From an uncultured Candidatus Rokubacteria bacterium (GTDB lineage: Bacteria; Methylomirabilota; Methylomirabilia; Rokubacteriales; CSP1-6): a DNA stretch of 64,000 nucleotides. The translations under genes were made by a program, and so were the position numbers. The notes under the pieces are model-generated. The model worked only from the letters and a program-made list of their open reading frames with translations, was not told the origin of the DNA and did no database searches. This document shows, in pieces, positions 10,973 to 23,157 of the stretch (position 1 is the stretch's first letter; the number at the start of each line of letters is the position of its first letter). The stretch is from assembly GCA_963762145.1 (NCBI GenBank), contig CAVXJS010000011.1:1-64000 (forward strand), in the 5' to 3' direction.

Positions 10973-11881
10973 ATGTCCGCCGGCGATATGCGACCCCGCA
11001 TCGGAACGCCCGCTGACGTACGCTTGATCCGATGCGGTTTCCGGTGGTGGCCCTTTCGTCGAGGCAAGGGTCAGCTCCTCCGCCTAGTCCGGCCCTGGCT
11101 GGCCCGCCGGCGCTTCGTCTTTGAAATCGAGCCTGGTATCGTGCTTCAAGCAGATTTCGACGACCGCATCCTTTACTGGGCCTTCGTCGATGGTAGGAGC
11201 GGGTGGGACCCGATCATGGATCTGTCCCGTGCGCTGATCGGCACCGGCGACGTCGTAGTCGACGTCGGGGCCAACGTCGGCGTGTGGTTGCTGGGAGCCG
11301 CGCGGTGTGCGGGCGAGACTGGGAGCGTTCACGCCTTCGAGCCGATGCCGGAGAACCTGGTGCGGCTGCGTACGCATCTCTCGCTGAATGCCCTCGACTT
11401 CGTCCGCGTGGACCCACGCGTGCTCTCGAGCGAGCCGGGTGAGGTGCAGTTCTTCCCCTCTTGCACGAGCAACAGCGGCATGGGCTCGTTGGTCCGTCAC
11501 CATCGAGCAGCCGAACCGGTCCTGGTCACCGCCACGACTCTTGACCTCTATTGCCAGGAACACGGCCTAGGGCGCGTCGACTTTCTTAAGGTCGATGTCG
11601 AGGGTGCCGAGCTGCTGGTCTTTCACGGCGGCGCGCGTTCCCTCGCCGCCTCCGACGCGCCGGCAATTATGTTCGAGGCAGATGACAGCCTGGCCGCTGC
11701 CCTATCGAGCTCCACCGCTGCCACCAAGCAGTTCCTGGAATACTGTGGCTACCGCATATTCCATTTCACCGGCACCCGTCTCGAGCCGATCGCCCCGTCA
11801 GCAACTCACGCGAATAGCGATCTGCTTGCGCTCAAGCCCTACCATTTCGAGCGGCATCAATTCCTGTGCCGGTACGTATGA
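10973..11881 (+). CDS. FkbM-family methyltransferase
   Basis: VVVDVGANVG, VHAFEPMP, TTLDLY and FLKVDVEGAELLV. Confidence 0.92.
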   Translation: MSAGDMRPRIGTPADVRLIRCGFRWWPFRRGKGQLLRLVRPWLARRRFVFEIEPGIVLQADFDDRILYWAFVDGRSGWDPIMDLSRALIGTGDVVVDVGANVGVWLLGAARCAGETGSVHAFEPMPENLVRLRTHLSLNALDFVRVDPRVLSSEPGEVQFFPSCTSNSGMGSLVRHHRAAEPVLVTATTLDLYCQEHGLGRVDFLKVDVEGAELLVFHGGARSLAASDAPAIMFEADDSLAAALSSSTAATKQFLEYCGYRIFHFTGTRLEPIAPSATHANSDLLALKPYHFERHQFLCRYV

Positions 11882-12181
11882 TCCTTCCCCGCGTACCGCC
11901 AAGAGCCAGGGCGCTTAGGTCGAAAACTCCATGACCGGCTTTTGAGGCCAGATCTTTTTGGAGCATCAAAGCGCTGTCGGGACAGGGTAGATACCGAATA
12001 GCGCTTTTGCTATGGGTGATGATCGCCTGACGCCCGCGAGAAGGGTGCTGTTGTAGTGCAGCCGGGACGTATGTTCCCCCTGGACTTGCGACGGTGCTCG
12101 GCGGGCTTCCCGGAGGACCGCGGGTGAGAGCCTGGCTGCCGCTGCACAGCATGTTCCGGATTTCACCGCTCCCATAGCACG

Positions 12182-13772
12182 ATGCGGTACTATACGGTAC
12201 TCTCGGCGGGCGATGGCGGTGGACAATCTGCACTTGGGTTCGGGCTGCTAAGCGCCGTGAGGCGCCTCGCGCCGAAGCGTCTGGCGCTGCCTGGGCTCGC
12301 CATAGCGCTCGGGCTCGCGTCGGCGGGCGTCTGGTTCCTCGCGGAAGACTGGATTCCGGCGGTCGCCCTCTGGGTCCTGTGCGCCGGATGGCGTTACCTC
12401 CCGACGGGTGATGGGCCGCCGGTGCTCCCGATGGCGTTCACCTTCCAGTGGATGCAGGTCACCCTCGGCCTGTACTACTACGCGTTCACGGGCTACCAGT
12501 CTCCCGCGATGGTGCTCAGTGACTACCGGGCCATGGTGCTGATCGGGCTGGGATGTCTGGTCGCCCTGCTGCTCGGCCTGAAGTCGGGGCTGGCTCTGGT
12601 CCGGCGCCCGTCGGGCGCGGTGCGTGCATCATCGGAAGCGTTCAGCTGGCCGGTGCTCGTCGCGTGCTACATGGTATCGGTTACGGTGACGGCTACGGTT
12701 CAGGGGTTGGCCTGGGATGTTCCCGCACTTACCCAGGGTATTTTGGCCCTGACCTATGGACGCTTCGCGCTGCTCTTCCTAATCTTCCATCGCCTGAGCC
12801 ATCCGCGAGTCAGGTCCGGTTGGATCGCCGTCATCCTGGCAGGCGAGACCTTGCTCGGATTCACTGGTTACTTCGCTGGGTTCCGCGAGCCGATGGTGAT
12901 CTCGGCGCTGGCGCTTACGGGGGGCTTCGACCGCCGGAAGGTGAAGCACTGGGTCGTACTCGGGGCAGTTGGCGTGGTAATGCTGGTGACGAGCGTGGGC
13001 TGGACGGGAATCAAAAGGGAGTACCGGGGCGGCTTCGAGGACGAGGTGTTCGCCGCCTCCCGCGAGGCGCGCCTCGACCGCGTTGTGGCCCTTTCCTCGG
13101 AGTGGTTGGAGCGTTCCCCCTCCGAGATGGTCTCCGACGTGGAACTGTTCGTGGACCGGCTGTGGACCGTCTACTACCCAGCGCTGGCGCTGGACATGGT
13201 GCCGGCCGTGCTGCCGCACGAGAACGGCGCCCTACTTTGGAAGGCCGTGCTGCACGTGTTGACGCCGCGCCTACTCTTCCCCGACAAGGCGCCGTTGGAA
13301 TCGGATAGCGAGATGGTGCAAAAGTATGCAGGCATCTGGGTGGCTGGCGCGGACGAGGGCACGAGTATCGCATTCGGTTACGCGGGAGAGTCGTACATCG
13401 ACTTCGGGGTGCCGCTAATGTTTCTCCCCGTGCTGGCCTACGGCCTTTTCATGGGGACCGCCTACCAGCTGGTGGTTTCGACTGATCAGGAGGCGAGAAC
13501 TGGCCACGGCAGCGGCGGTGGTGATCTTCTGGCTGGCCCTCTACCTCTTCGAGCGCTCGTGGATTAACATGCTCGGGCTCTCGCTCACACTCTTCGCATA
13601 TCTCGGGGGTGGTGTCTTCCTCCCGACCGCTTTCTGGGCCGGCATCGTGCATCCGGATCTCGGGCTCGCCTCCGACAGGTGCAGCCCGACGTCCCGAGCA
13701 CCTGACCCATCGGGCGTTGCGCTAGCCTCGGGCGCATACAGGGAGCATAGAGCTTGCGCATTTTGCACGTGA
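12182..13772 (+). CDS. multi-pass membrane protein, putative Wzy-like polysaccharide polymerase (3' frameshift near 13475)
   Basis: About 10 hydrophobic segments, a large loop with LTPRLLFPDK and GYAGESYIDFG, and EPS context. The C-terminus continues in ORF 13518..13772. Confidence 0.6.
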
Positions 13773-14932
13773 CGCCGTACTTCCCTCCTGCGTTCCGGTA
13801 CGGGGGTCCTCCGCGGAGCATCTTGGGCCTGTGCCGGGCTCTGCAGCGCGCTGGCGTGGAGGTAGGGGTTTTCACGACCACAGCAAACGGCGATACGGCG
13901 TTGCCGCCCTCGCCCGTTGGAGGAGACCGCTACGAGGGTGTCCCTGTTTGGTACTTTCCCTGGACCTATCCTCGCCGTCTGTTCGGGGTGCGGGGCTTGG
14001 GGGAGGCGCTCGAGTCAGAGTTCGGCAAGTGCGATGTACTGCACATTCAAGGACTCTGGACTCTCCCGGGCTGGATCGCAGCGCGGCAGGCCCGGCGAGC
14101 GGGTGTGCCCTACGTGATCTCTCCTCGAGGGATGCTGGATGCCTGGTCAATGGCGCACCGTCCAGTCAGGAAGCGAATCGCGTACTGGATGACTGATCGG
14201 TGGAATCTCAGGGGGGCAGCATTCCTCCACGCGACCTCGAGTGCTGAGGCCACAGCGATCGGGAACTGGTCTCGAGGGGTTCCAATCGTTACTCTTCCAA
14301 ACGGGGTGGATCCTCCCGAAACCCGCACTCGGGGAGAGTTTCGGCGGAGATTGAACGTTCCCGCAGATGCGCCCATGCTGGTCTCGCTGGGCCGGCTACA
14401 TGTGAAGAAGAGGCTGGATCTTCTTGCCGCCGCCTTCGAGCGGATCTTGCCGCTTTATCCGCTAGCTCAGTTGGTGATCGCTGGACCCAACGAGGGTGAC
14501 TATCGGCAAAAGGTGGAGTCTCGTTTTTCCGCGTTCAGCAGATGGGTGCACTGGACCGGTGAACTGCAGGATGCCGAGAAGTGGGCGCTTTTGGCCGACG
14601 CCACCGCGCTTGTGATGTGCTCGGACTCGGAGAACTTCGGGCTGGCCGTGCTTGAGGCTCTGGCTGCCGGTGTCCCGGTTGTTGTGGTGCAAACTTGTCC
14701 CTGGGAGGAGGTGCAGAGTGCCCGCTGCGGGTTCTGGGTACCGCAGAGCGCCGAGGCTATCGCCGACGCCCTGCTTAAGTTGCTGCGGGATCCGGAAGGC
14801 GCCCGCGCCATGGGTGAGCGAGGAAGGGCTCTCGCCCGCGCCAAGTACTCGTGGGATGCGATTGCGCGCGCCATGGCTGACCGCTACGAGGCTGTCGTCA
14901 ACGCTCGGAGCGGACGGGTCACGGCACGATGA
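13754..14932 (+). CDS. GT4 glycosyltransferase
   Basis: MRILHVTPYFPPAFRYGGPPRS, SPRGML, LGRLHVKKRLD and SENFGLAVLEALAAGVPV. Confidence 0.92.
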   Translation: MRILHVTPYFPPAFRYGGPPRSILGLCRALQRAGVEVGVFTTTANGDTALPPSPVGGDRYEGVPVWYFPWTYPRRLFGVRGLGEALESEFGKCDVLHIQGLWTLPGWIAARQARRAGVPYVISPRGMLDAWSMAHRPVRKRIAYWMTDRWNLRGAAFLHATSSAEATAIGNWSRGVPIVTLPNGVDPPETRTRGEFRRRLNVPADAPMLVSLGRLHVKKRLDLLAAAFERILPLYPLAQLVIAGPNEGDYRQKVESRFSAFSRWVHWTGELQDAEKWALLADATALVMCSDSENFGLAVLEALAAGVPVVVVQTCPWEEVQSARCGFWVPQSAEAIADALLKLLRDPEGARAMGERGRALARAKYSWDAIARAMADRYEAVVNARSGRVTAR

Positions 14933-16035
14933 GCCCTGCCTACGTTGTCCTGACCCCGGGCCTGACTGGCCGGGACGGTATCGCTAGGGCGTCGAGGCTT
15001 ATTGTGAGTGCGCTACCTCTGCCAGCGGCAACCGCTTTGGATCACGTCAGGACGCTTGCCATGAATGATCCGCCACGTATGCCATTCCCGAACGATCATG
15101 CGGGTGCGATTCACCTAGCCGGCGCCGGCGGGAAGAAGCTCCGCTTCGCCATGTCTGCGCTGCTCGCCGGCCTTGGTCGTCCGCGGCCCCCAGAGGTCTT
15201 ATGCCTTCACTTGCACATGAGTCCGCTGGCGTGGATGGTCGCAGGGAGCCGGTCACGCCTGACTGCTTTCCTCCATGGCATCGAAGCATGGCGGCCGCTC
15301 GCCAGAGTGGAGCGGTGGGCGTTGATCCGAGCAGACGTCCTCATGGCGAATTCCGAGCACACTGCTCGCCGCTTTCGCCAGGCGAACCCGGGTTCGCCTC
15401 CCGGCCGATCGACGTCTGTCACCTCGGCGTAGCGAGGTGGCCCGAGACGGTGGTGCCGCCGCTGGCGCAAGCGGATGAGCGCCCACGGTCGGCCCTTTCG
15501 CCCTCATCGTCGGGCGCCTGGCCGGCTCGGAGCGGTACAAGGGGCATGATCTGCTCATCGACCTCTGGCCGCGGACCGGGCCGAGGTGCCCGGACGCGCG
15601 CCTCGTCGTGGCCGGAGACGGCGACGATCGCGCGCGCCTCGAAGCGAAGGCCGCCGCGCTCGGCGCGGCCGTGCGGTTCCTCGGGCACGTGTCCGATCAG
15701 GCGCTCGACGCGCTGTATCGAGACTGCGCGTTCTTCGTGATGCCGAGCCGCGACGAGGGATTCGGCCTGGTGTTCCTCGAGGCGATGCGCGGCGGGAAGG
15801 CGTGCATCGGCGGCGCGGGCGCGGCCGCCGAGGTGATCGAGGACGGCATGACGGGGCTCGTGGTCGACGCCGCCGAGCCGGAGCAGGTCGCTAAGGCGGT
15901 CGTGCGGCTCTTCCTCGAGCCCGAGACGCGGGCGCGCATGGGGCGGGCGGGGGCCGAACGCCTGGCGCGGCAATTCACCGAGGAGCATTTTCGCCGCCGC
16001 TTCCGCGCCATCCTCGGGCTCCGGGACGGCCGTGA
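14929..16035 (+). CDS. GT4 glycosyltransferase (frameshifted)
   Basis: FLHGIEAW and ANSEHTARRF, then VGRLAGSERYKGHD and MPSRDEGFGLVFLEAM across frames. Confidence 0.8.
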
Positions 16036-17823
16036 CCGCGGTGCTCGGCATCAGCGCCTACCACGGCGACGCCGCGGCGGCGCTGCTGTCGTCGACGGGC
16101 GGCTCGAGGCGGCCGTGGAGGAGGAGCGATTCACGCGCGTCAAGCACTGGGCGGGCTTTCCGCGCGAGTCGATCCGGAGCTGTCTCGACATGGCGGGGCA
16201 TGGCGCCCGCCGACGTGGACCACTTCGCCATCGGCCGGAACCCGCGGGCGCAACCTGTGGCGCAAGGCGCGCTTCGCCCTTGCGCATCGGCCGAGCCTGC
16301 AGCCTGGTCTCGGACCGCGCGAAGAACGCTCGCCGCGTGCGGGACGTGGCGGCCGCCCTCGCCGCAGGCGCTCGGCGCTCGACCCGCGCGCACGTCGACG
16401 AGCGCCTGCACTGGGTGGAGCATCATCCGGCGCATCTCGCGAGCGCCTTTCTTCGTCTCGCCCTTCGAGGAGGCGGCCGTCTGCGCCATCGACGGCTTCG
16501 GCGACTTCGTGAGCACCTCGTGGGCAGTCGGCCGCGGGGCGTCGGCTCGAGGATGCTGGATCGCGTGTACTTCCCCCACTCGCTCGGCCTCTTCTACCTC
16601 GCGATCACCCAGTACCTCGGGTTCACAGTCCTATGGCGACGAGTACAAGGTGATGGGCCTGGCTCCCTACGGGACGCCCGACTTCGCCGGGCGCTCTCGC
16701 GCGGCCTCGCCTCCTGCCGGAGGGGCGGGCGTTCACGCTCGACCTCTCGTACTTCCGCCACGCGTCCGAGCGGCGATCAGCATGACCTGGGACGACGGGG
16801 AGCCGGCGATGGACCCGGTCTTTACGCCGAAGCTCGAGGAGCTCCTCGGGCCGGCGCGGCACCCGGCGGAGCCCCTCACGCCGCGGCACGAGGCCATCGC
16901 GGCCTCGCTTCAGGTCGGTCTTCGAGGAGGCGGTCTTCCACGTGCTCCGCGGGCTCCACGCGCGGACGCGGCAGCCGCGGCTCTGCCTGGCGGGCGGCTG
17001 CGCCATGAACAGCGTCGCCAACGGCAAGATCCGCGAGCGAGACGCCGTTTCAGCGAGGTGTACGTCCAGCCCGCCGCCGGCGACAATGGGACGGCCCTCG
17101 GGGCCGCCCTCTACGTGTGGCATCAGCTCCTCGGGGGCGCGCGGCGCTTCGTCATGGACCACGCGTACTGGGGGCCGGCGTTCGGCCAGGATGCGGTCCG
17201 CGCGGCGCGCTCGACGCGCGGAGCGCGGAGCTGGACGGCCGCGGCATGCCGGCGTCAGCGAGATCGCCGACGACGAGGCGCTGTGCCGCTGGACGGCCGA
17301 GCGGCTCGCCGAGGGCCAGATCGTCGGGCTGGTTCCAGGGGCGGATGGAGTGGGGGGCGCGGGCCCTCGGCAACCGGAGCATCCTCGCCGATCCCCGGCG
17401 GGCGGACATGCGCGAGATCATCAATGCGAAGATCAAGCTCCGCGAGACGTTCCGGCCCGTTCGCCCCATCCATCCTCGAGGAGGCGCTCGACGAGTACTT
17501 CGTCGGAGCGGCGCCGGACCCGTTCATGATGCAGGTGTACCCGGTGCGCCCGGAGAAGCGCGCCGTGATCCCGGCGGTCGACGCACGTGGACGGCTCCGG
17601 GCGGCTGCAGACGGTGAACCGCGACGCACAACCCGCTCTACTGGCAGCTGCTGCGGGCCTTCGAGAAGCGCTGACCGGCGTGCCGGTGCTCCTCAACACC
17701 TCGTTCAACGAGAACGAGCCCATCGTGCACAAGCCGGAGGAGGCGCTGGACTGCTTCCTCCGCACGGGCATGGACGTCCTGGTGATGGAGAGCGTCGTGA
17801 TCGAGAAGCGCGCAGGAGGATAG
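16032..17823 (+). CDS. NodU/CmcH-family carbamoyltransferase (heavily frameshifted)
   Basis: [88 protein letters not shown] and [13 protein letters not shown]. Confidence 0.9.
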
Positions 17824-17826
17824 ACG

Positions 17827-18831
17827 ATGCCGGATTCACGGATCGCGATCACGGGTGGGGCCGGGTATATCGGATCGCTCTTGACCGGAGAGTTGCTCCG
17901 GAGGGGTCACCAGGTGACGGTGCTGGACACGCTCCTGTTCGGAGGCGAGTCATTGCTCGCGCACCTGGCGCATCCGGGATTTGCGTTCCGCAAGGTCGAC
18001 GTGGCGGATCGGAAGAACTGATCTGGTGCCGCTCCTGGAGGGCAGCGAGATCGTTTTCCACCTGGCGGCGATCGTCGGGTTCCCGGCGTGCCAGCAGATC
18101 GGCGAGCAGGCCGCGTGGCACTACAACGTGGAGGCGACGCAGCGGGTGTTCCAGGCCGCCGAGACCGCCGGGGCGTCACGTCTCGTCTTCGCGTCGACCT
18201 ATAGCAACTACGGCATCGCCGAGGGTGGCGCGCCGGTCACGGAGACGAGCCCGCTGCGCCCGCAGTCGCTGTACGCGCGGACGAAGATCGCCTCGGAGGA
18301 GTATCTGCTCGAGCGAGGGCGCCGGTCGCCGGTAGCGGTCGTCATCCCGAGATTCGCCACGCTCTACGGCTCTCGCCGCGCACCCGGTTCGATCTCATCG
18401 TGAACCAGTTCGTACTGGAGGCGCTCACGAAGCGGAAGCTGGTCATCTACCAAGGTGACTACACCAGGTCGTTCATCCACGTGAGCGACGTGGTCGACGC
18501 CCTCATTCAGATGGCGGAGGCTCCTGCGGAGCGGGTCCGGAACGAGATCTTCAACGTCGCGGCCGCGAACGGTAACTACTCCAAGCTGGAGCTCGTGGAG
18601 CTCATCCGGAAGAACGTGCCCGTCGTCGAGATCGAGCATCGCGATCTGAGCTTCGGCGAGGACATGCGCGACGTGGCCGTCTCCTGCGAGAAGATCGGTC
18701 GCGTCTTAGGGTTCCGGGCTCGACGAGGGGTCGAGGACGGGATCGTCGAGATCCGGGACGCGATCGAGACTGGCCTGATCAAGGATCCATCGTCCGCGAA
18801 GTACCGCAACCACCAGTTCATCGTGAACTGA
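17827..18831 (+). CDS. NAD-dependent epimerase/dehydratase (frameshifted)
   Basis: ITGGAGYIGS, HLAAIVGFPAC, FASTYSNYG, YARTK (YxxxK), RFATLYG and RSFIHVSD. Confidence 0.85.
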
Positions 18832-18842
18832 AGGAGGCCCAC

Positions 18843-19789
<947 letters not shown>

Positions 19790-19793
<4 letters not shown>

Positions 19794-21072
19794 CAACAAC
19801 GTCACCCCTGCGGGTCTGCTTCTTCAACCGCTCGTACTATCCGGACCAGGCCGCCACCGGGCAGCTCCTCACCGAGCTGGCGGAGGATCTGGTCCGGGTG
19901 CACGGCTGCGAGGTCACGGTCGTGGCCGGGCCCGGCGCTGTCGACCCGCCGGGACCGGGGCGACGCCGCGCGGTGGCGGCCGGCTCTTCGAGCGGGAATG
20001 GCACAACGGCGTCGAGATCATCCGCGACGCGGGGCACGACGCTGCGCCCGCAGCGATTCGTCGGCGCGGGCCACGAACTACGTGAGCTACTTCCTCTCGG
20101 CGTGTCTGCGCCGGGCTGCGGCTGGGCCGCCCGGACGTCGTCGTCGCGCTGACCGATCCGCCGATCATCGGCCTGGCCGGCCATGCTCGCGGCGCGGCGC
20201 GGCCCGGCGCGCGGTTCGTCGTTCCTGTGCCAGGACATCTTCCCCGAGGTGGCGCGACTGCTCGAGGATTTCCAGAGCGAGACGGGTCAACGGGTCGCTC
20301 GAGCGGGTCAACCGCTACCTGGCTCGCGAAGGCGGACCGGGTGGTGGCGCTGGGCGAGACGATGCGCGAGCGGCTCGTCGAAGGGCAAGGGCGCCGACCC
20401 CGGCGAAGATCATCGGTCATCCACAACTGGGCGGACTGGCGAGCCATCGTCCCCGGGCCGAAGCGGAATGCCTTCTCGATCGCGCAACGGACTGGCCGAG
20501 ACACGTTCGTCGTCATGCATTCGGGGAACATCGGCCTGTCGCAGAGCTCGAGACGCTCGTGCACGCTGCCGCGCGGCTGAGCCGCGTATCCCGATATCGT
20601 GGTGGTCGTCGTCGGCGACGGGCGCAAGCGGGCCGGCCTTGGACGACTCGTGCGCGGGCGACTGAGGCTGGACAACGTGCGGTTTCTTGCCCTATCAGCC
20701 GAAGGAGCGGCTGAACGAGTCCTTCGCCACCGCCGATGTGTTCGTCGTCTCGCTCGAAGGCGGGCCTCGCCGGCTACATCGTGCCGAGCAAGCTCTATGG
20801 CATCCTGGCGGCCGGCCGGCCGTACGTGGCGGCGGTGGAGGAGGACTCCGAGGTGGACCGGGATCACCCGCGAAGTATGGCTGCGGCCTCCTCGCGCGAG
20901 CCCGGCGACCCGGGAGGACCTCGCCGAGCAAGATCCTCGCGCTGTATCGCGACCGGGCACGGGCGCGACGGCTCGGCGCCAATGCGCGGCGAGGCCGGCG
21001 CTCGAGTACGATCGGCCGCGGTCCAGATCCAGAGCGTACCACGAGCTGCTCCGTGCAGGCTGGCGCGACTGA
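19790..21072 (+). CDS. WcaI/WbuB-like GT4 glycosyltransferase (heavily frameshifted)
   Basis: FFNRSYYPDQAATGQLLTELAEDL, LCQDIFPE, VIHNWAD, HSGNIGLSQ and IVPSKLYGILAAGRP. Confidence 0.8.
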
Positions 21073-21109
21073 GAGCCGCATCGGGGCCGGCCGCTGGCGC
21101 CCGCCGCTC

Positions 21110-21716
21110 TTGAAGCGCCCGTTCGACGTGGTGCTGTCCGGAATCGGTCTGCTCGGCTCCGCTCCGCTCTGGGCGCTCATCGCGGCCGCCATCAAGCTCG
21201 AGGACGGCGGCGCGGTCTTCTTCCCGCAGGAGCGGGTCGGCCAGGGGGGGCGCCGGTTCAAGAGCTGGAAGTTCCGCTCGATGATCGAGGGCGCGGATGC
21301 CGAGCGTCGGCCCGCTGCAGGCCCGGGAGCGCGACCCGCGCATCACCCGCGTCGGCCGCCTGCTGCGCGCGACGGCGATGGACGAGCTGCCCCAGCTCTG
21401 GAACATCTTCCGGGGCGACATGAGCTTCGTGGGGCCGCGCGCGCTGCTGCCCGGAGGAGATCGAGGTGAGCGGAACGGGCGCGCGCGTGCCCATCGAGGC
21501 AGATCCCGGGCTACGAAGCGCGGCATCGCGTTCGGCCCGGCCTCACCGGCCTCGCGCAGATCTACGCCCCGCGGGACATTCCCGCGCCGGCACAAGTTCA
21601 AGCTCGACCGGCTCTACGTCAGGCGGCAGAGCTTCTGGCTCGATCTCAGGTTGATCGCGGTGTCCTTCTGGATCAGCTTCCGGGGGACCTGGGAGCGGCG
21701 GGGAGCGAAGTTTTGA
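21110..21716 (+). CDS. priming sugar (phosphoglycosyl) transferase, Bac_transf family (frameshifted)
   Basis: [65 protein letters not shown] and WLDLRLI. Confidence 0.88.
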
Positions 21717-22400
21717 GTGTGGCTCGCGCCCGCGAGAGGCCGGCGCTCCGACCGCGTGCTCACGTGGCCGCGGACCGCGCTGGTCGTGACGGTCTTGATC
21801 GCCGTGGTCGCGGCCTGCGTCGTCTGGGGGGTGAGGGGCCTCGGCGCCTGGCTGGTCGTGGAGGATCCGCTGGCGCCGGCGAAAGCGGTGGTGGCACTGG
21901 GAGGCGAGGTGCCGTTCCGAGCCATGGAGGCGGCATCGGTCTACCGCCAGGGATGGGCTTCGGAAGTCTGGCTCACGCGGCCGCCACAAGGCGCCGGGGA
22001 GGCCGCGTTGCATCAGCTCGGTATCCAGGTGCCCAGTGAGGACGCCTACAACCGTGCGGTGCTCGAGCGGCTGGGTGTCCCGGTCACGGCGATTCGAGTC
22101 CTGAGCCGGCCCGGGCAGAACACGGCCCAGGAGGTCCTGGTCATCGCGGAGGAGCTCCAACGAGCCGGTGGCGGGCAGGTGATTCTGGTCACGTCCAAGC
22201 CCCACAGCCGTCGGGTTCGAGCCACCTGGCGCGCGCTCATCGGCGAGCGCGCGATTGTCCGGTATGCAACGTCCGACCCCTACGATGCGCATCGCTGGTG
22301 GCGTCACACGGGCGACGCATTGGCAGTCTCGCGCGAGGTCTTCGGGCTCCTGAACGTGTGGGCGGGCTTTCCCGTCCGGCCGGCTCGCGCTGGGTTATGA
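21717..22400 (+). CDS. YdcF/DUF218 family protein
   Basis: N-terminal TM, AVVALGG, ERLGVP, QNTAQE, ILVTSKPHSRR and REVFG. Confidence 0.85.
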   Translation: MWLAPARGRRSDRVLTWPRTALVVTVLIAVVAACVVWGVRGLGAWLVVEDPLAPAKAVVALGGEVPFRAMEAASVYRQGWASEVWLTRPPQGAGEAALHQLGIQVPSEDAYNRAVLERLGVPVTAIRVLSRPGQNTAQEVLVIAEELQRAGGGQVILVTSKPHSRRVRATWRALIGERAIVRYATSDPYDAHRWWRHTGDALAVSREVFGLLNVWAGFPVRPARAGL

Positions 22401-22888
22401 TGCGCCGTACCACCATGAGGGCGTTGAGCCGCGGGCGAAAGATTCTCGGTTGCCTCGCAACCGACCGGGGGCTGCTGGTCTCCGCCCTCTGCCTGGTGTC
22501 AGCGATTCGGCTTGGACTCTGGGTCTTGCCCGTCCGGATGGTTGGCCGCGTCCTCGGCTGGGTGGTCTCTCGGAAGCCGGGAGTTGCCAGGGATCCGTCG
22601 CTTGCCGATCGGGTGGCGCGGGCCGTCACGCGGGCCGGTCGGGTGGTACCTGGTGCAACGTGTCTGACCCAGGCGCTGGCGACACAGGTGCTCCTCGAAC
22701 GGCACGGGCTCCCGACGCGGCTCCACATCGGGGTCGTCCGCGCCGGCGGGCAGGCAGTGCGCGGCCACGCCTGGGTGGAAACTCAGGGCGTGATCGTGAT
22801 CGGGGGAGCCATGTCCGGACAGTGGAGCACGTTGCTCACCGTCGAAGGGCCACGGGCGTGGTCCTCTTCCACTGGGCGGGCCTCGTGA
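22397..22888 (+). CDS. lasso peptide biosynthesis B2 protein (transglutaminase-like leader peptidase)
   Basis: ATCLTQALA (catalytic Cys), LHIGV and GHAWVE motifs; ATGA overlap with the ydcF stop. Confidence 0.9.
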   Translation: MMRRTTMRALSRGRKILGCLATDRGLLVSALCLVSAIRLGLWVLPVRMVGRVLGWVVSRKPGVARDPSLADRVARAVTRAGRVVPGATCLTQALATQVLLERHGLPTRLHIGVVRAGGQAVRGHAWVETQGVIVIGGAMSGQWSTLLTVEGPRAWSSSTGRAS

Positions 22889-23157
22889 TTCGGTCGAGTT
22901 TTCGACCGAGTCCGGATGCGATTGCCACGCGAGTCGGCGACGAGATCGTGCTGGTGGACCTCAGGACCGACCGGATCTACTCGCTGAACCGGACGGCGGC
23001 GCGCCTCTGGGAGCTCGTGGGCGCCGAGTGCGATCGGTCCGAGGTCGAGCGACGCATGCTGGAGGAATTCGACGTCACCCCGGACCAGCTCGCGGAGGCG
23101 ATCGACGAGTTCGTCCTGTCGATGACCCGGGACGGCCTGCTCTCGAGATCGGCATGA
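22885..23157 (+). CDS. PqqD-family RiPP recognition element (lasso B1)
   Basis: 90 aa: GDEIVLVDLRTDRIYSLNRTAARLWEL...EEFDV...IDEFVLSMTRDGLL; GTGA overlap with B2. Confidence 0.9.
   Translation: MIRSSFRPSPDAIATRVGDEIVLVDLRTDRIYSLNRTAARLWELVGAECDRSEVERRMLEEFDVTPDQLAEAIDEFVLSMTRDGLLSRSA

Noticed and set aside
15608-17008. Apparent GT4-carbamoyltransferase fusion ORF
   Set aside because: It is produced by frameshifts. The carbamoyltransferase has its own GTG at 16032 overlapping a TGA.
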